Shown here in pieces: positions 37,358-52,050 of a DNA stretch of 64,000 nt. How positions within the stretch are numbered: the first letter of the stretch is position 1; each line of letters opens with the position of its first letter. Under the pieces are notes generated by a model, which saw nothing but the letters and a program-made list of their open reading frames with translations, was not told the DNA's origin and did not search any database. A program made the position numbers and the translations under genes. Source of the DNA: Octopus vulgaris (lineage: Eukaryota); assembly GCA_951406725.2 (NCBI GenBank), contig OX597816.1, positions 171,306,001 to 171,370,000 of the forward strand, written 5' to 3'.

Positions 37358-39655
37358 TCATCATCATCATCATTTAACGTCCGCTTTCCATGCTAGCATG
37401 GGTTGGACGGTTCAACTGGGGTCTGGGAAGCCCAGAGGCTGCACCAGGCCAGTCAGATCTGGCGGTGTTTCTACAGCTGGATGCCTTTCCTAATGCCAAC
37501 CACTCCATGAGTGTAGTGGGTGCTTTTTACGTGCCACCGACACAGGTGCCAGACGAGGCTGGCGAACGTCCAGGCTCGGATGGTGATTTTTACGTGCCAC
37601 CGGTACGGAGACCAGGTGAGGCTGGCACAGCCACGATTGGATGGTGTTTGTTACGTGCCACCAGCATGGAGGCCAGTCGATGCGGTGCTGGCTACGGCCA
37701 CGTTCGGAAGGTTCTCTTATGTGCCACCGGCACTGGTACCACAAGCTACAAATTCCATTCATGTTGATCGATTTTGATTTTGATTTGATTCTTTGATTTT
37801 GATTTTCACTTGCCTCAACAGGTCTTCACAAGTAGAGTTATGAGTCCCAAGAAGGAAGGTATGCACAGGTGGACTGACTACGTCCCAGGTAGGGGCCACG
37901 GGTTATGGCCTCACTTGTCCTGCTGGGTCTTGTCCCGCACAACATACTTCCAAAGGTCTCGGTCTCTGGTCATTTCGTCGGTGAGACCTAAAGAGCGAAG
38001 GTCATGTTTCACCACCTCGTCCCAGGTTTTCCTGGGTCTACCTCTTCCACAGGTTACCTCAACCGCTAGGGTGTGGCACTTTTTCACACAACTATCTTCA
38101 TCCATTCTTACCATGTGTCCATACCAGCGTAGACGTCTCTCTTGCATACGACATCTGATGCTTCTTAGGTTCAACTTTTCTCTCAAGGCACTTACACTCT
38201 GTCGGGTACGAACACTGACATTACACATCCATCGGAGTATACTGACTTCATTTCTTGCGAGCTTACGAATATCCTCAGCAGTCACAGCCTATGTTTCACT
38301 GCCATGTAGCATGGCTGTTCATACACATGCGTCATACAGTCTGCCTTTTACTCTGAGCGAGAGGCCTTTTGTCACCAACAGAGGTAAGAGCTCTCTGAAC
38401 TTTGCCCAGGCTATTCTTACTCTAGCAGTTACACTTTTGGCACACCCACCCCCACTACTGACTTGATCACCTAGGTAACGGAAACTATCAACTATTTCTA
38501 GTTTTTCTCCCTGGAATGTGGCGGAAGACGGTCTCTGCGCATTTTCAGTGTTTATTGCACCAGAGCATCTGCCACATACAAAAACTATATTCTTAGTTAG
38601 CCTTCTTTTGACATTGATGCACCTCTTATGTGTCTATAACTTACACTTGGTGCATCTTATAGAGTTCCTACCAACGCCTTTTCTACAGATCGAGCAGGGC
38701 CATCTACCTGAAGGCGTTTGAGATTTGTCTACCTTCCTACTTATTAGGACTTTGGTTTTAGCTAGATTGACTCTAAGGCCCTTCGATTCTAATCCTTGCT
38801 TCCACACCTGAAACTTCTCCTCCAGTTCTGATAGTGATTCAACAATTAGAGCAAGGTCATCAGCATAGAGGAGCTCCCAGGGGCATCCTGTCTTGAATTC
38901 CTCCGTTATTGACTGGAGGACTATGACAAATAGGAGGGGGCTGAGGACTGAGCCTTGGTGGACCCCAACCTCCAGCCGGAATTCTTCACTATACTCAATG
39001 CCAACCCTCACCTTACTAACAGCGTCCCTGTACATGGCACGCACAGCTCTCACTAACCATTCATCTATCTCTAGTTTCCACATTGATCACCAGATAAGGG
39101 AACGGGGGACCCTGTCAAAGGCTTTCTCCAAGTCAACGAAAGCCAGGTACAGAGTTTTATCTTTGGCTAGGTATTTCTCCTGCAGCTGTCTCACCAGAAA
39201 TATGGCATCGGTGGTGCTTTTCTCTGGCACGAAACCAAACTGCATCTCGTCCAGGTTGACTCTCTCTCTAATCAGTTGGGCTATGACCCTTTCCGTAACC
39301 TTCATTACCTGATCCAACAGCTTGATACCTCTGTAATTACTTGTATCTAGGGTGTCACCTTTACCTTTGTAGCAGTTGACTATTATGCTACTACACCAGT
39401 CATTGGGTACGACTCCTGGTTAACTATACGGGTGACTAGGCTATAGCCGACACTGCCAGATATTTTGAGCATCTCAGCAGTAATTCCTGATGGGCCTGGG
39501 GCTTTCCCTGTCTTCATGCTTTTAATTGCCTTAACTACCATGGAACTGTCAACTCTGGTCCCTCTATTGGGTCGACATTCGACAGACTCTCTTCATCCCA
39601 TTTATTCTTTTTGTTGAGCAACCTTTCATAGTGGAGCAACCTTTCATAGTGGAAT
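37358..39655 (-). mobile_element. RTE-clade LINE, 5'-truncated: RT with inserted PHD finger, C-terminus, 3' UTR and (TGA)n tail; inactivated by stops/frameshifts
   Basis: QFGFVPEKSTTDAIF, AFVDLEKAFDRVPR, GVHQGSVLSPLLF, LLYADDL, FRYLG, RRLRWYGHMVRM, RGRPRKTW; ORF stop at 37911. Confidence 0.95.
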
Positions 39656-39656
39656 A

Positions 39657-39712
<56 letters not shown>

Positions 39713-39920
39713 TACATATATTTTTTAGTATATTATTATTATTAATATAAGGAAAGCAATACTAAAACTCCTCAGAAAGATATGCCCATGCAAAAATAGT
39801 TGTTGTATTAAAAATACATAAATAAATATAAATATATATAAATACATGCAAATATGTATAAGTATAAACACAATGTATGAATATATATGATAGATTAAGA
39901 GTTATGAATTAAGCATCTTA

Positions 39921-40181
39921 CCGGCTTCCGTGCCGGTGGCACGTAAAAAGCACCAATTCAATCGTAGCCGTTGCCAGCCACACCTGGCACCTGTTCCGGT
40001 GGCACGTAAAAAGCACCTACTACACTCACAGAGTAGTTGGTGTTAGGAAGGGCATCCAGCTGTAGAAACACTGCCAGATCAGACTGGAGCCTGGTGCAGC
40101 CTTCTGGCTTCCCAGATCTCCGGTCGAACCATCCAACCCATGCTAGCATGGACAACGGACATTAAACAATGATGATGATGA
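39921..40181 (+). mobile_element. RTE 3'-UTR-only copy (family C)
   Basis: Matches the RTE 3' UTR. Confidence 0.88.
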
Positions 40182-40635
40182 TATATATGGATATATATAT
40201 ATAAGCATATATATATACACACACACGCACATATACATATATACACACACACGCACATATACATATATACACACACATATATACATATATATACTTATAT
40301 ATAAATACAAATATATATATACGTATATAAACACATACATATATATACGTATATATATAAACACATATATGTGTGTATATATACATATATATACACACAC
40401 ACACAAATATATGTATATATACACATATATATATGAACATATATATATATATACATTTACTTCAGGACAGGTAACCACTCTTAGTCGTGGTTCATGACTG
40501 ATCATACGTGTACTGAGGCTTGCTAATGGATTTTATACTTAGATATCACTGGGGTACTTATGTGTACACGTGATTTTTCCTTCAGTTTTTTTTCCATGGC
40601 TGCTTGTAAATATCACATTTATTTCTTGCCATATT

Positions 40636-40693
40636 CTCTACTGAAGAGGGGAAGAATCTGTTGGATTGATCCTGAAATTCATTCAGTATAGTG
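40636..40693 (+). ncRNA. Hammerhead ribozyme-like motif (type I, partly decayed)
   Basis: CUCUA-CUGAAGA-G-GGGA...UCCU-GAAA-UUCAUUCA-GUA-UAGUG. Confidence 0.5.
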
Positions 40694-40850
40694 ATAATGA
40701 ATTTTTTTTTAATTCTGTTACCTTGCCTTCCTCAATTTCAGCATGACATGTATTCATGGTGAATGTATATTGTATGAGGTGAGTGATGATTTAAAGTCTA
40801 TTCTCAGCATATTGGCATAGAAACCTTTTCTTTGGCCCTGGTTTTTAATC

Positions 40851-40851
<1 letters not shown>

Positions 40852-40891
<40 letters not shown>

Positions 40892-41102
40892 TACATACAT
40901 GCATATATATATATATATACATATGCATACATATATATACATACATGCATATATATATACATACCTATACCTATAACTATACACATATATACATATACAT
41001 ATATGTATACAAACATATATATACATACATATATATATATACAAACATACATATATACATACATATATACATACATATATACATACATATATATATACAT
41101 AT

Positions 41103-41133
<31 letters not shown>

Positions 41134-41171
41134 CATACATACATATATACATACATATATACATACATATA

Positions 41172-41205
<34 letters not shown>

Positions 41206-41354
41206 CATACATACATATATACATACATATATACATACATATATACATACATACATATATACATACATATATACATACATATATATATACATACATATAT
41301 ACATACATACATATATACGTACATACATATATACATACATACATACATACATAT

Positions 41355-41385
<31 letters not shown>
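40852..41385. repeat. (TA)/(TACA)n microsatellite
   Basis: Direct inspection. Confidence 0.95.
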
Positions 41386-41387
<2 letters not shown>

Positions 41388-44128
41388 TATCTTTATTTTA
41401 TTTTATTTTATCTAATTTCAGCTCACGAGCTGTGGCCATGCTGGGGCACCACCATTCGGTGTTGCTACATGATTTTACTTCACAAATCCTTTTTAGCAAT
41501 TGACATTCGGTGCCTGAGAGAGTTTGATGCAGCTGCACCTCCTGCTGTGAAGTTGGTTCATCTGGGACACCTGACAGGAAGAGGTTCAGCTTTATTTTAA
41601 AGACATCTGCATCCACCCCATACAGGTCTCTCAGGTCCTTCAGGAGGATATTGAAGAGCTGTGGACCTCTGAAGCCCAGGCTATCACAGTATCTTGTCCT
41701 ACATCTTGATGGAAAATTTGGAGTCCTTGGCACTATGCAGTGGCACCCAGTTCCAGTATTTGTGTAACTCTCGATGCCAAAGTTTGGGACAAGTACTTCC
41801 AGGATCATTCAGATGTATATTATGGTATATCTTTCTCACCTACGCTCTGAGGAATAGAGTCTTAATCTCTTGAGTCTTTCCCAATAGCTCATATTCTGCA
41901 CAGAGGCTATCTTCTTTGTGTAGCTTCGTTGGATTGCCTCAAGTTCTGTGATTAACTTGACACTGGATGGTGACCATAGCTGAGAGCAATAGTCAAAGTC
42001 ACTTGGGACAAGTGTCCTCCAGAGGACCATCATGGTTTCCTGGTCTCTTGTTCTAAAAGCTCTAAGAATCCATCCAGTCAGCCGCCTACATTTCACTGCC
42101 AATTTAGCAACATGCACATGAAAGGTTGCATCATTACTCATGTAAATACCCAGGTCTCACACTGATTGTGCGTCTGGGATTGCAATCCCTCCAGGTCCAG
42201 TGTATTTATTGGGTATTGCATTTAGTTTTGCATGCTGATAGCATAAAGCTTGAAACTTTTCAGCATTGAACTGCATGCTATTCATTTCAGCCCACTTGTA
42301 TATTTTGTCCAGCTCACGTTGCAGGTGCATAGTGTCTTCAGGGTTCTGTATTACCTGTGAAACATTTGTATCATCTGCATAACTTGTGATCATGGCTCTC
42401 TGCGTGGCTGAGGGCATGTCCGAGAGGGCCATTATGAACAGTAGTGGTCCCAAAACAGTGCCTTGCGGAAAACCGCTCACTATTTGCGTGTTATTGGAGG
42501 TGGCCCCATTGGCTACTACCACCTGACTTCTATCCTTCAGAAAGTCATGAAGCCATTCTCCCAATTTTCCAACTATGCCAAGATCACGCAGTTTGTGACA
42601 TATCATTCCATGATCGACTTTATCAAAGGCCTTTGCAAAGTCGAGATATATGACTTCCACATTTGAGTGTTGTTTCAGCACCCAGTCATAGTGTTGTAGG
42701 AGATGAGTTAGGCAGCTTCTTCCTGGTCGGAAACCATGTTGGTTGTCAGGCAGCAAGTTATTTTCTTCAAGGAAGGCGATTAGTTTCCTTCTGACTATTC
42801 ATTCCATGACCTTGCTGATGTGTGAGATCAGAGATATAGGTCTGTAGTTCTTGGCCTCCGCTCTGCTACCTCCTTTGTGAATAGGGCATATTTTACCCTC
42901 GTTCAGTTTTCTTGGAAGTTTGCCAGTTGCAAGAAAGCTCTGAAAGAGGAACTGCAGTGGTCTTGCTAGGACTCTTTTATATACTTTTAGAAGGATTGCT
43001 GGGAATCCATCGGGGCCAGTAGCTGAGTTTGGGTTCATTTTATCTATAGCCCTTATTACATCGTCTTCCTTCATATTGATGTAATCAATCATTGTTGCCT
43101 CTGATTTTATATCTGCAGTGGTAAAGACGTCAGTTGGATTGCTGACTTGAAAATGCCCTAGGGGTGGAGTGAAAATACTTTTGAATTGCTCATTTAGTAT
43201 TTCACTTCTCCTCATTGGATTTCCTGTGAGTGTACCATCTTTTTCAAGGAGTAGCCATATCCTACAGTTCACCATAGCTGTTTCTTTAGCAAACTTGTAG
43301 AAAGCTCTGGGGCTAGATTTTATGTTGTCTATAGCCCAGGCTTCTTTGTCTGCTCTTTCTTTTTCATTGGAGAGTTGCAGACATTTTTCAATTTCCAGCA
43401 GTTTTATTTTCAGGCGGGACTTTTCACTGCTTTCAATTTGTTTGTTTAGGCGATTTGAAACTTTTGTATGCCGTCTCATAAGAATTTTCCTCTCTCTGGG
43501 GATTTTGTTCTTGTGTACAGTGGTCTTTCTCTCTGGGACACATTTGTAGCATATGGCTTACATCACAGACATGAATTGTTGAAGTTTCATGTCAATGTAT
43601 GGTGAGGAGAGACATTTAGACCAGTTTTGTTTGAGGATCTCTTTCTCAATTTGTTTCCAGTTTGCCTTATGGAAGTTCAAGCTGGAAAGATTCTGAGAGT
43701 TTCTTGTAGGCTGCATGTCCATGCTTTCCTTTGGCCCGTACATGGTCAACTCTACCTTGTTGTGATCCGAGAGTAGTGTCGGTGTCACTTTCACATTATG
43801 GATGAGATCCATATTATTTGTGAAGCAGAGATCCAGTATGTTACCTGCCCTGGTTGATTGGAGTATTATTTGCTCCATGTACAGAGTGTTGATGAGGTTC
43901 AGGAGGGACCTCGCCTGTCCTCGTTTGCATTGTGTCATTGCTGGGAGAGAAAGGCCCTCGGGCCATCTGACATTGGGTAGATTGAAGTCTCCCACAAGAA
44001 GTACACTTATGTGTTGTTCTCATGTGACGAGAACATCTATTTTTGTAAGGCAGTCTTCAAACTTGCCTCTATGACTTGGAGCATCTGGAGGGCGATATGT
44101 AGCACATATAACTACACTGAGTTGCCTC
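41385..44128 (-). mobile_element. CR1/L2-group LINE ORF2 (partial APE + RT), 5'-truncated and disrupted, with (TAAAA)n tail
   Basis: YRPP, GDFNLP, NILDLCFT, SDHN (APE). GPDGFP, NYRPISL, QHGFRPGRSC, YLDFAKAFDKVDH, PQGTVLGPLLF, YADDT, LEAIQR, SYWERLKRLRLYS (RT and C-terminus). Confidence 0.95.
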
Positions 44129-44132
44129 AAAA

Positions 44133-44495
44133 CATCAAAAATAAAATCGATCAACATGAATGGAAATATAGCTGTGATACCAGTGCCGGTGGCACATAAG
44201 AGAACCATCAGAAAGTGGCTGTTGCCAGCGCCGCCCCGACTGGCACCATCCGATCGTGGCCGTTTGCCAGCCCCACCTGGCCTCCATGCCGGTGGCATGT
44301 AAAAAGCACCATCCAACCGTGGCCGTTTGCCAGCCTCGTCTGGCACGTAAAAAGCACCCACTACACTCATGGAGTGGTTGGCGTTAGAAACGTTGCTAGA
44401 TCAGATTGGGCCTGGTGCAGCCTTCTGGTTTCCCAGACCCCAGTTGCACCGTCCAACCCATGCCAGCATGGAAAGCAGACGCTAGACGATGATGA
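44133..44495 (+). mobile_element. RTE 3'-UTR-only copy (family C) abutting the LINE 5' truncation
   Basis: Matches the RTE 3' UTR; (GAT)n tail. Confidence 0.88.
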
Positions 44496-44668
44496 TATAC
44501 ACACATATATACATACATATATACACATATATACATATACACACATATACATATACATATATATATATATATATTTATATATATACATATACACACATAT
44601 ACATATACATATATACACACACACATATACATATATATATATATATATATACATATATACACACACAC

Positions 44669-44711
<43 letters not shown>

Positions 44712-44752
44712 TACACACATATACATATATATATATATATACATATACACAC

Positions 44753-44789
<37 letters not shown>

Positions 44790-44836
44790 CACACATATAT
44801 GTATATGTATATATATACATATACACACATATACAT

Positions 44837-44881
<45 letters not shown>

Positions 44882-44932
44882 CACATATACACGCATATAC
44901 ATATATATATATATACATATACACGCATATAC

Positions 44933-44985
<53 letters not shown>

Positions 44986-45193
44986 CATATACACACATAT
45001 ACATATATATATATATAATATACACACATATATATATATATACATATACACACATATACATATATATATATATATATATACATATACACACATATACATA
45101 TATATATATATACATATACACACATATACATATATATATATATACATATACACACATATACATATATATATATATATATATATACACATACAC

Positions 45194-45230
<37 letters not shown>

Positions 45231-45235
45231 CACAC

Positions 45236-45292
<57 letters not shown>

Positions 45293-45492
45293 CACACATA
45301 TACATTATGCATTGTTATAAATCTGTCTAATAAAGGCCCGAAACATATGTACCGCTGAATCCTTGGCATCATGTTTTTATTTTCATCAATTTATGTATAT
45401 ATATATGTATATGTGCGTATATGTATATATATATATACATATACACACATATACATATATATATATATATACAGATACACACATATACATAT

Positions 45493-45523
<31 letters not shown>

Positions 45524-45570
45524 CACACATATACATATATATATACATATACACACATATATATATATAT

Positions 45571-45894
45571 AAATCCTTAAATCCTTAAAAATGTTTTAGC
45601 CCAAAGGCCGCGGCCATGCTGGGGCACCACCGCTGAATGAGCTACACTAGTTTGTGAATCCACCTCTGATACGTGGCACTTGATCAACAGGGGAGTTCGA
45701 TGCTGCTGCCCGCATCCGTGTCTCCTGTCGTGAGGTAGGTTCATCTGGGACTCCCAACAAGAAGAGATCCAGTTTAGTTTTAAAGAAACCCACACCCACA
45801 CCATGTAAGTCTCTCAGGCATTTACGGAGGATGTTAAAGAGCTGTGGTCCTCTGAAACCCAAGCTGTTGCAGTATCTGGACCTGTATTTTGATG

Positions 45895-45898
<4 letters not shown>
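45571..45898 (-). mobile_element. CR1/L2-group LINE 3'-end fragment, copy 1 of 3
   Basis: [18 protein letters not shown]...[15 protein letters not shown], homologous to the C-terminus at 41500-41710. Confidence 0.9.
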
Positions 45899-45931
<33 letters not shown>

Positions 45932-46502
45932 CACACATATACATATACATACACACGTATACATATATATATATATATACATATACACACATATACATAT
46001 ACATACACACATATACATATATATATATATATATACATATACACACATATACATATACATATATACATATACACACATATACATATATATATACATATAC
46101 ACACATATACATATATATATACATATACACACATATACATATATATATACATATACACACATATACATATATATATACATATACACACATATACATATAT
46201 ATATACATATACACACATATACATATATATATACATATACACACATATACATATATATATACATATACACACATATACATATATATATACATATACACAC
46301 ATATACATATATATATACATATACACACATATACATATATATATACATATACACACATATACATATATATATACATATACACACATATACATATATATAT
46401 ACATATACACACATATACATATATATATACATATACACACATATACATATATATATACATATACACACATATACATATATATATACATATACACACATAT
46501 AC

Positions 46503-46533
<31 letters not shown>

Positions 46534-46630
46534 TATATATATATACACATATACACACATATACATATATATATATATATACATATACACACATATACAT
46601 ATATATATATATACATATACACACATATAC

Positions 46631-46661
<31 letters not shown>

Positions 46662-46730
46662 TATACATATATATATATATACATATACACACATATACAT
46701 ATATATATATATATATATACATATACACAC

Positions 46731-46807
<77 letters not shown>

Positions 46808-46816
46808 CACACATAT

Positions 46817-46849
<33 letters not shown>

Positions 46850-47027
46850 ACACACACACATACACACATATACATATATATATATACATATACACACATA
46901 TACATATATATATATATACATATACACACATATATATATATATATACATATACACACATATACATATATATATATATATATATACATATACACACATATA
47001 CATATATATATATATACATATACACAC

Positions 47028-47096
<69 letters not shown>

Positions 47097-47394
47097 TACA
47101 TACATATACACACATATACATATATATACATATACACACATATACATATATATATACATATACACACATATACATATATATATATATATACATATACACA
47201 CATATACATTATGCATTGTTATAAATCTGTCTAATAAAGGCCCGAAACATATGTACCGCTGAATCCTTGGCATCATGTTTTTATTTTCATCAATTTATGT
47301 ATATATATATGTATATGTGCGTATATGTATATATATATATACATATACACACATATACATATATATATATATATACAGATACACACATATACAT

Positions 47395-47425
<31 letters not shown>

Positions 47426-47472
47426 CACACATATACATATATATATACATATACACACATATATATATATAT

Positions 47473-47796
47473 AAATCCTTAAATCCTTAAAAATGTTTTA
47501 GCCCAAAGGCCGCGGCCATGCTGGGGCACCACCGCTGAATGAGCTACACTAGTTTGTGAATCCACCTCTGATACGTGGCACTTGATCAACAGGGGAGTTC
47601 GATGCTGCTGCCCGCATCCGTGTCTCCTGTCGTGAGGTAGGTTCATCTGGGACTCCCAACAAGAAGAGATCCAGTTTAGTTTTAAAGAAACCCACACCCA
47701 CACCATGTAAGTCTCTCAGGCATTTACGGAGGATGTTAAAGAGCTGTGGTCCTCTGAAACCCAAGCTGTTGCAGTATCTGGACCTGTATTTTGATG

Positions 47797-47800
<4 letters not shown>
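47473..47800 (-). mobile_element. CR1/L2-group LINE 3'-end fragment, copy 2 of 3
   Basis: Appears identical to 45571-45898. Confidence 0.9.
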
Positions 47801-47838
<38 letters not shown>

Positions 47839-48633
47839 TATACATATACATACACACGTATACATATATATATATATATACATATACACACATATACATA
47901 TACATACACACATATACATATACACACATATACATATACATATACACACATATACATATACATATATATATATACACACACACATATACATATATATATA
48001 CATATACACACATATACATATATATATACATATACACACATATACATATATATATACATATACACACATATACATATATATATACATATACACACATATA
48101 CATATATATATACATATACACACATATACATATATATATACATATACACACATATACATATATATATACATATACACACATATACATATATATATACATA
48201 TACACACATATACATATATATATACATATACACACATATACATATATATATACATATACACACATATACATATATATATACATATACACACATATACATA
48301 TATATATACATATACACACATATACATATATATATACATATACACACATATACATATATATATACATATACACACATATACATATATATATACATATACA
48401 CACATATACATATATATATACATATACACATATACACACATATATATATATACACATATACACACATATACATATATATATATATATATATACATATACA
48501 CACATATACATATATATATATACAACACATATACATATAATACATATACACACATATACATATATATATATATATACACACATATACATATACACACATA
48601 TACATATATATATATATACATATACATATACAC

Positions 48634-48678
<45 letters not shown>

Positions 48679-49036
48679 TATATATATATATATATATATA
48701 CATATACACACATATACATATATATATATTATATATATATATATATACACATACATATACACATATATACATATATATATATATACACATATATATATAC
48801 ATATACACACATATACATATATATATATACATATACACACATATACATATATATATATAACATTCTTGTTGTGCTGTTTCGACTACATATACACACACAC
48901 ACACATATATATATATACATATACACACATATACATATATATATAGGGCCAATCACATATACACACATATACATACATATATATATATATATAATATACA
49001 CACATACACATATATATATATATATAATATACACAC

Positions 49037-49075
<39 letters not shown>

Positions 49076-49402
49076 CACACATATACATATATATATACAT
49101 ATACATACATATACACACATATACATATATATATACATATACACACATATACATATATATATACATATACACACATATACATATATATATATATATACAT
49201 ATACACACATATACATTATGCATTGTTATAAATCTGTCTAATAAAGGCCCGAAACATATGTACCGCTGAATCCTTGGCATCATGTTTTTATTTTCATCAA
49301 TTTATGTATATATATATGTATATGTGGTATATGTATATATATATATACATATACACACATATACATATATATATATATATACAGATACACACATATACAT
49401 AT

Positions 49403-49433
<31 letters not shown>

Positions 49434-49480
49434 CACACATATACATATATATATACATATACACACATATATATATATAT

Positions 49481-49804
49481 AAATCCTTAAATCCTTAAAA
49501 ATGTTTTAGCCCAAAGGCCGCGGCCATGCTGGGGCACCACCGCTGAATGAGCTACACTAGTTTGTGAATCCACCTCTGATACGTGGCACTTGATCAACAG
49601 GGGAGTTCGATGCTGCTGCCCGCATCCGTGTCTCCTGTCGTGAGGTAGGTTCATCTGGGACTCCCAACAAGAAGAGATCCAGTTTAGTTTTAAAGAAACC
49701 CACACCCACACCATGTAAGTCTCTCAGGCATTTACGGAGGATGTTAAAGAGCTGTGGTCCTCTGAAACCCAAGCTGTTGCAGTATCTGGACCTGTATTTT
49801 GATG

Positions 49805-49808
<4 letters not shown>
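49481..49808 (-). mobile_element. CR1/L2-group LINE 3'-end fragment, copy 3 of 3
   Basis: Appears identical to 45571-45898. Confidence 0.9.
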
Positions 49809-49850
<42 letters not shown>

Positions 49851-50450
49851 TATACATACACACATATACATATATATATATATATACATATACACACATA
49901 TACATATACATACACACATATACATATACACACATATACATATACATACACACATATACATATATATATATATATATACATATACACACATATACATATA
50001 TATATACATATACACACATATACATATATATATACATATACACACATATACATATATATATACATATACACACATATACATATATATATACATATACACA
50101 CATATACATATATATATACATATACACATATACATATATATATACATATACACACATATACATATATATATACATATACACATATACATATATATATACA
50201 TATACACACATATACATATATATATACATATACACACATATACATATATATATAAAATATACACACATATACATATATATATATATAACATATACACACA
50301 TATACATATATATATACATATATAACACACATATACATATATATATACATATACACACATATACATATATATATACATATACACACATATACATATATAT
50401 ATACATATACACACATATACATATATATATACATATACACACATATACAC

Positions 50451-50481
<31 letters not shown>

Positions 50482-50608
50482 TATATATATATACACATAT
50501 ACACACATATACATATATATATATATATATACATATACACACATATACATATATATATATATATACATATACACACATATACATATATATATATATACAT
50601 ATACACAC

Positions 50609-50640
<32 letters not shown>

Positions 50641-50642
50641 AT

Positions 50643-50673
<31 letters not shown>

Positions 50674-50941
50674 CATATATACACATATATATATATATAT
50701 ATTATATATATAATATACACATATACATATACACACATATACATATATATATATACACACACACACACATATACATATACATATATATACATATACACAT
50801 ATATATACACATATATACACACATACACACATATACATATATATATATATACATATACACACATATACATATATATATATACATATACACACATATACAT
50901 ATATATATATACATATACACACATATACATATATATCTCTC

Positions 50942-51318
50942 TCTATATAAACGGCAGTTTGTCTGTGCGTTTTCTGTGTGTCTGTTTTCTCGTACCCTCA
51001 CTCTGACCACGGCTTTCAACCGATTCTGATGAAACTTGACACACACATAGCCCAATGTCATAATTCAAAACTAACGCAGCGAAAATTTTGAAAAGTTCCC
51101 CCAGTTCTGAAAAAATCGATAAATTCGACATGGGGTCGAGAATTAGAAACCAAAACCACAGACCGTCTAGGGGACGCAACTCCACCATTTTTAACTCTCA
51201 AAAAAAATTTACCAGCATTTTTTTTCCATTCTTTTGCTATTTTTTGGCTATAACTCTCTAAAAATGCTTTATAGTTATTTCCCTTACAAACCTGAGCAAC
51301 GCCGGGCGATACTGCTAG
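50942..51318 (+). mobile_element. Non-autonomous Helitron (different 5' half, shared 3' end)
   Basis: TCTATATAAA start; ends cctgagcaacgccgggcgatactgCTAG|T. Confidence 0.85.
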
Positions 51319-51757
51319 TATATATATATACACATATACACACATATACATATATATATATATATACATATACACACATATACATATATATATATATATA
51401 TATATACATATACACACATATACATATATATATACATATACATACATATACACACATATACATATATATATACATATACACACATATACATATATATATA
51501 CATATACACACATATACATATATATATATATATACATATACACACATATACATATATATATATATACATATACACACATATACATATATATATATATATA
51601 CATATACACACATATACATATATATATATATATATATACATATACACACATATACATATATATATATATATACATATATACATATATATATATATACATA
51701 CATATACACACATATACATATATATATATATATATACATACATATAGACACATATAC

Positions 51758-51788
<31 letters not shown>

Positions 51789-51999
51789 TATACATATATA
51801 TATATATATACACACACACATATACATATATATATATATATACACACACACATATACATATATATATATATACACACACATATACATATATATATACACA
51901 CATATACATATATATATACACACATACATATATATATACACACATACATATATATATACACACATACATATATATATATACACACATACATATATATAT

Positions 52000-52050
<51 letters not shown>

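Noticed and set aside
45320-45356. Hammerhead in the triplicated island
   Set aside because: The core reads CUAAUAA, stem II is vestigial and stem I does not pair; at most a fossil, so not listed as an RNA feature.
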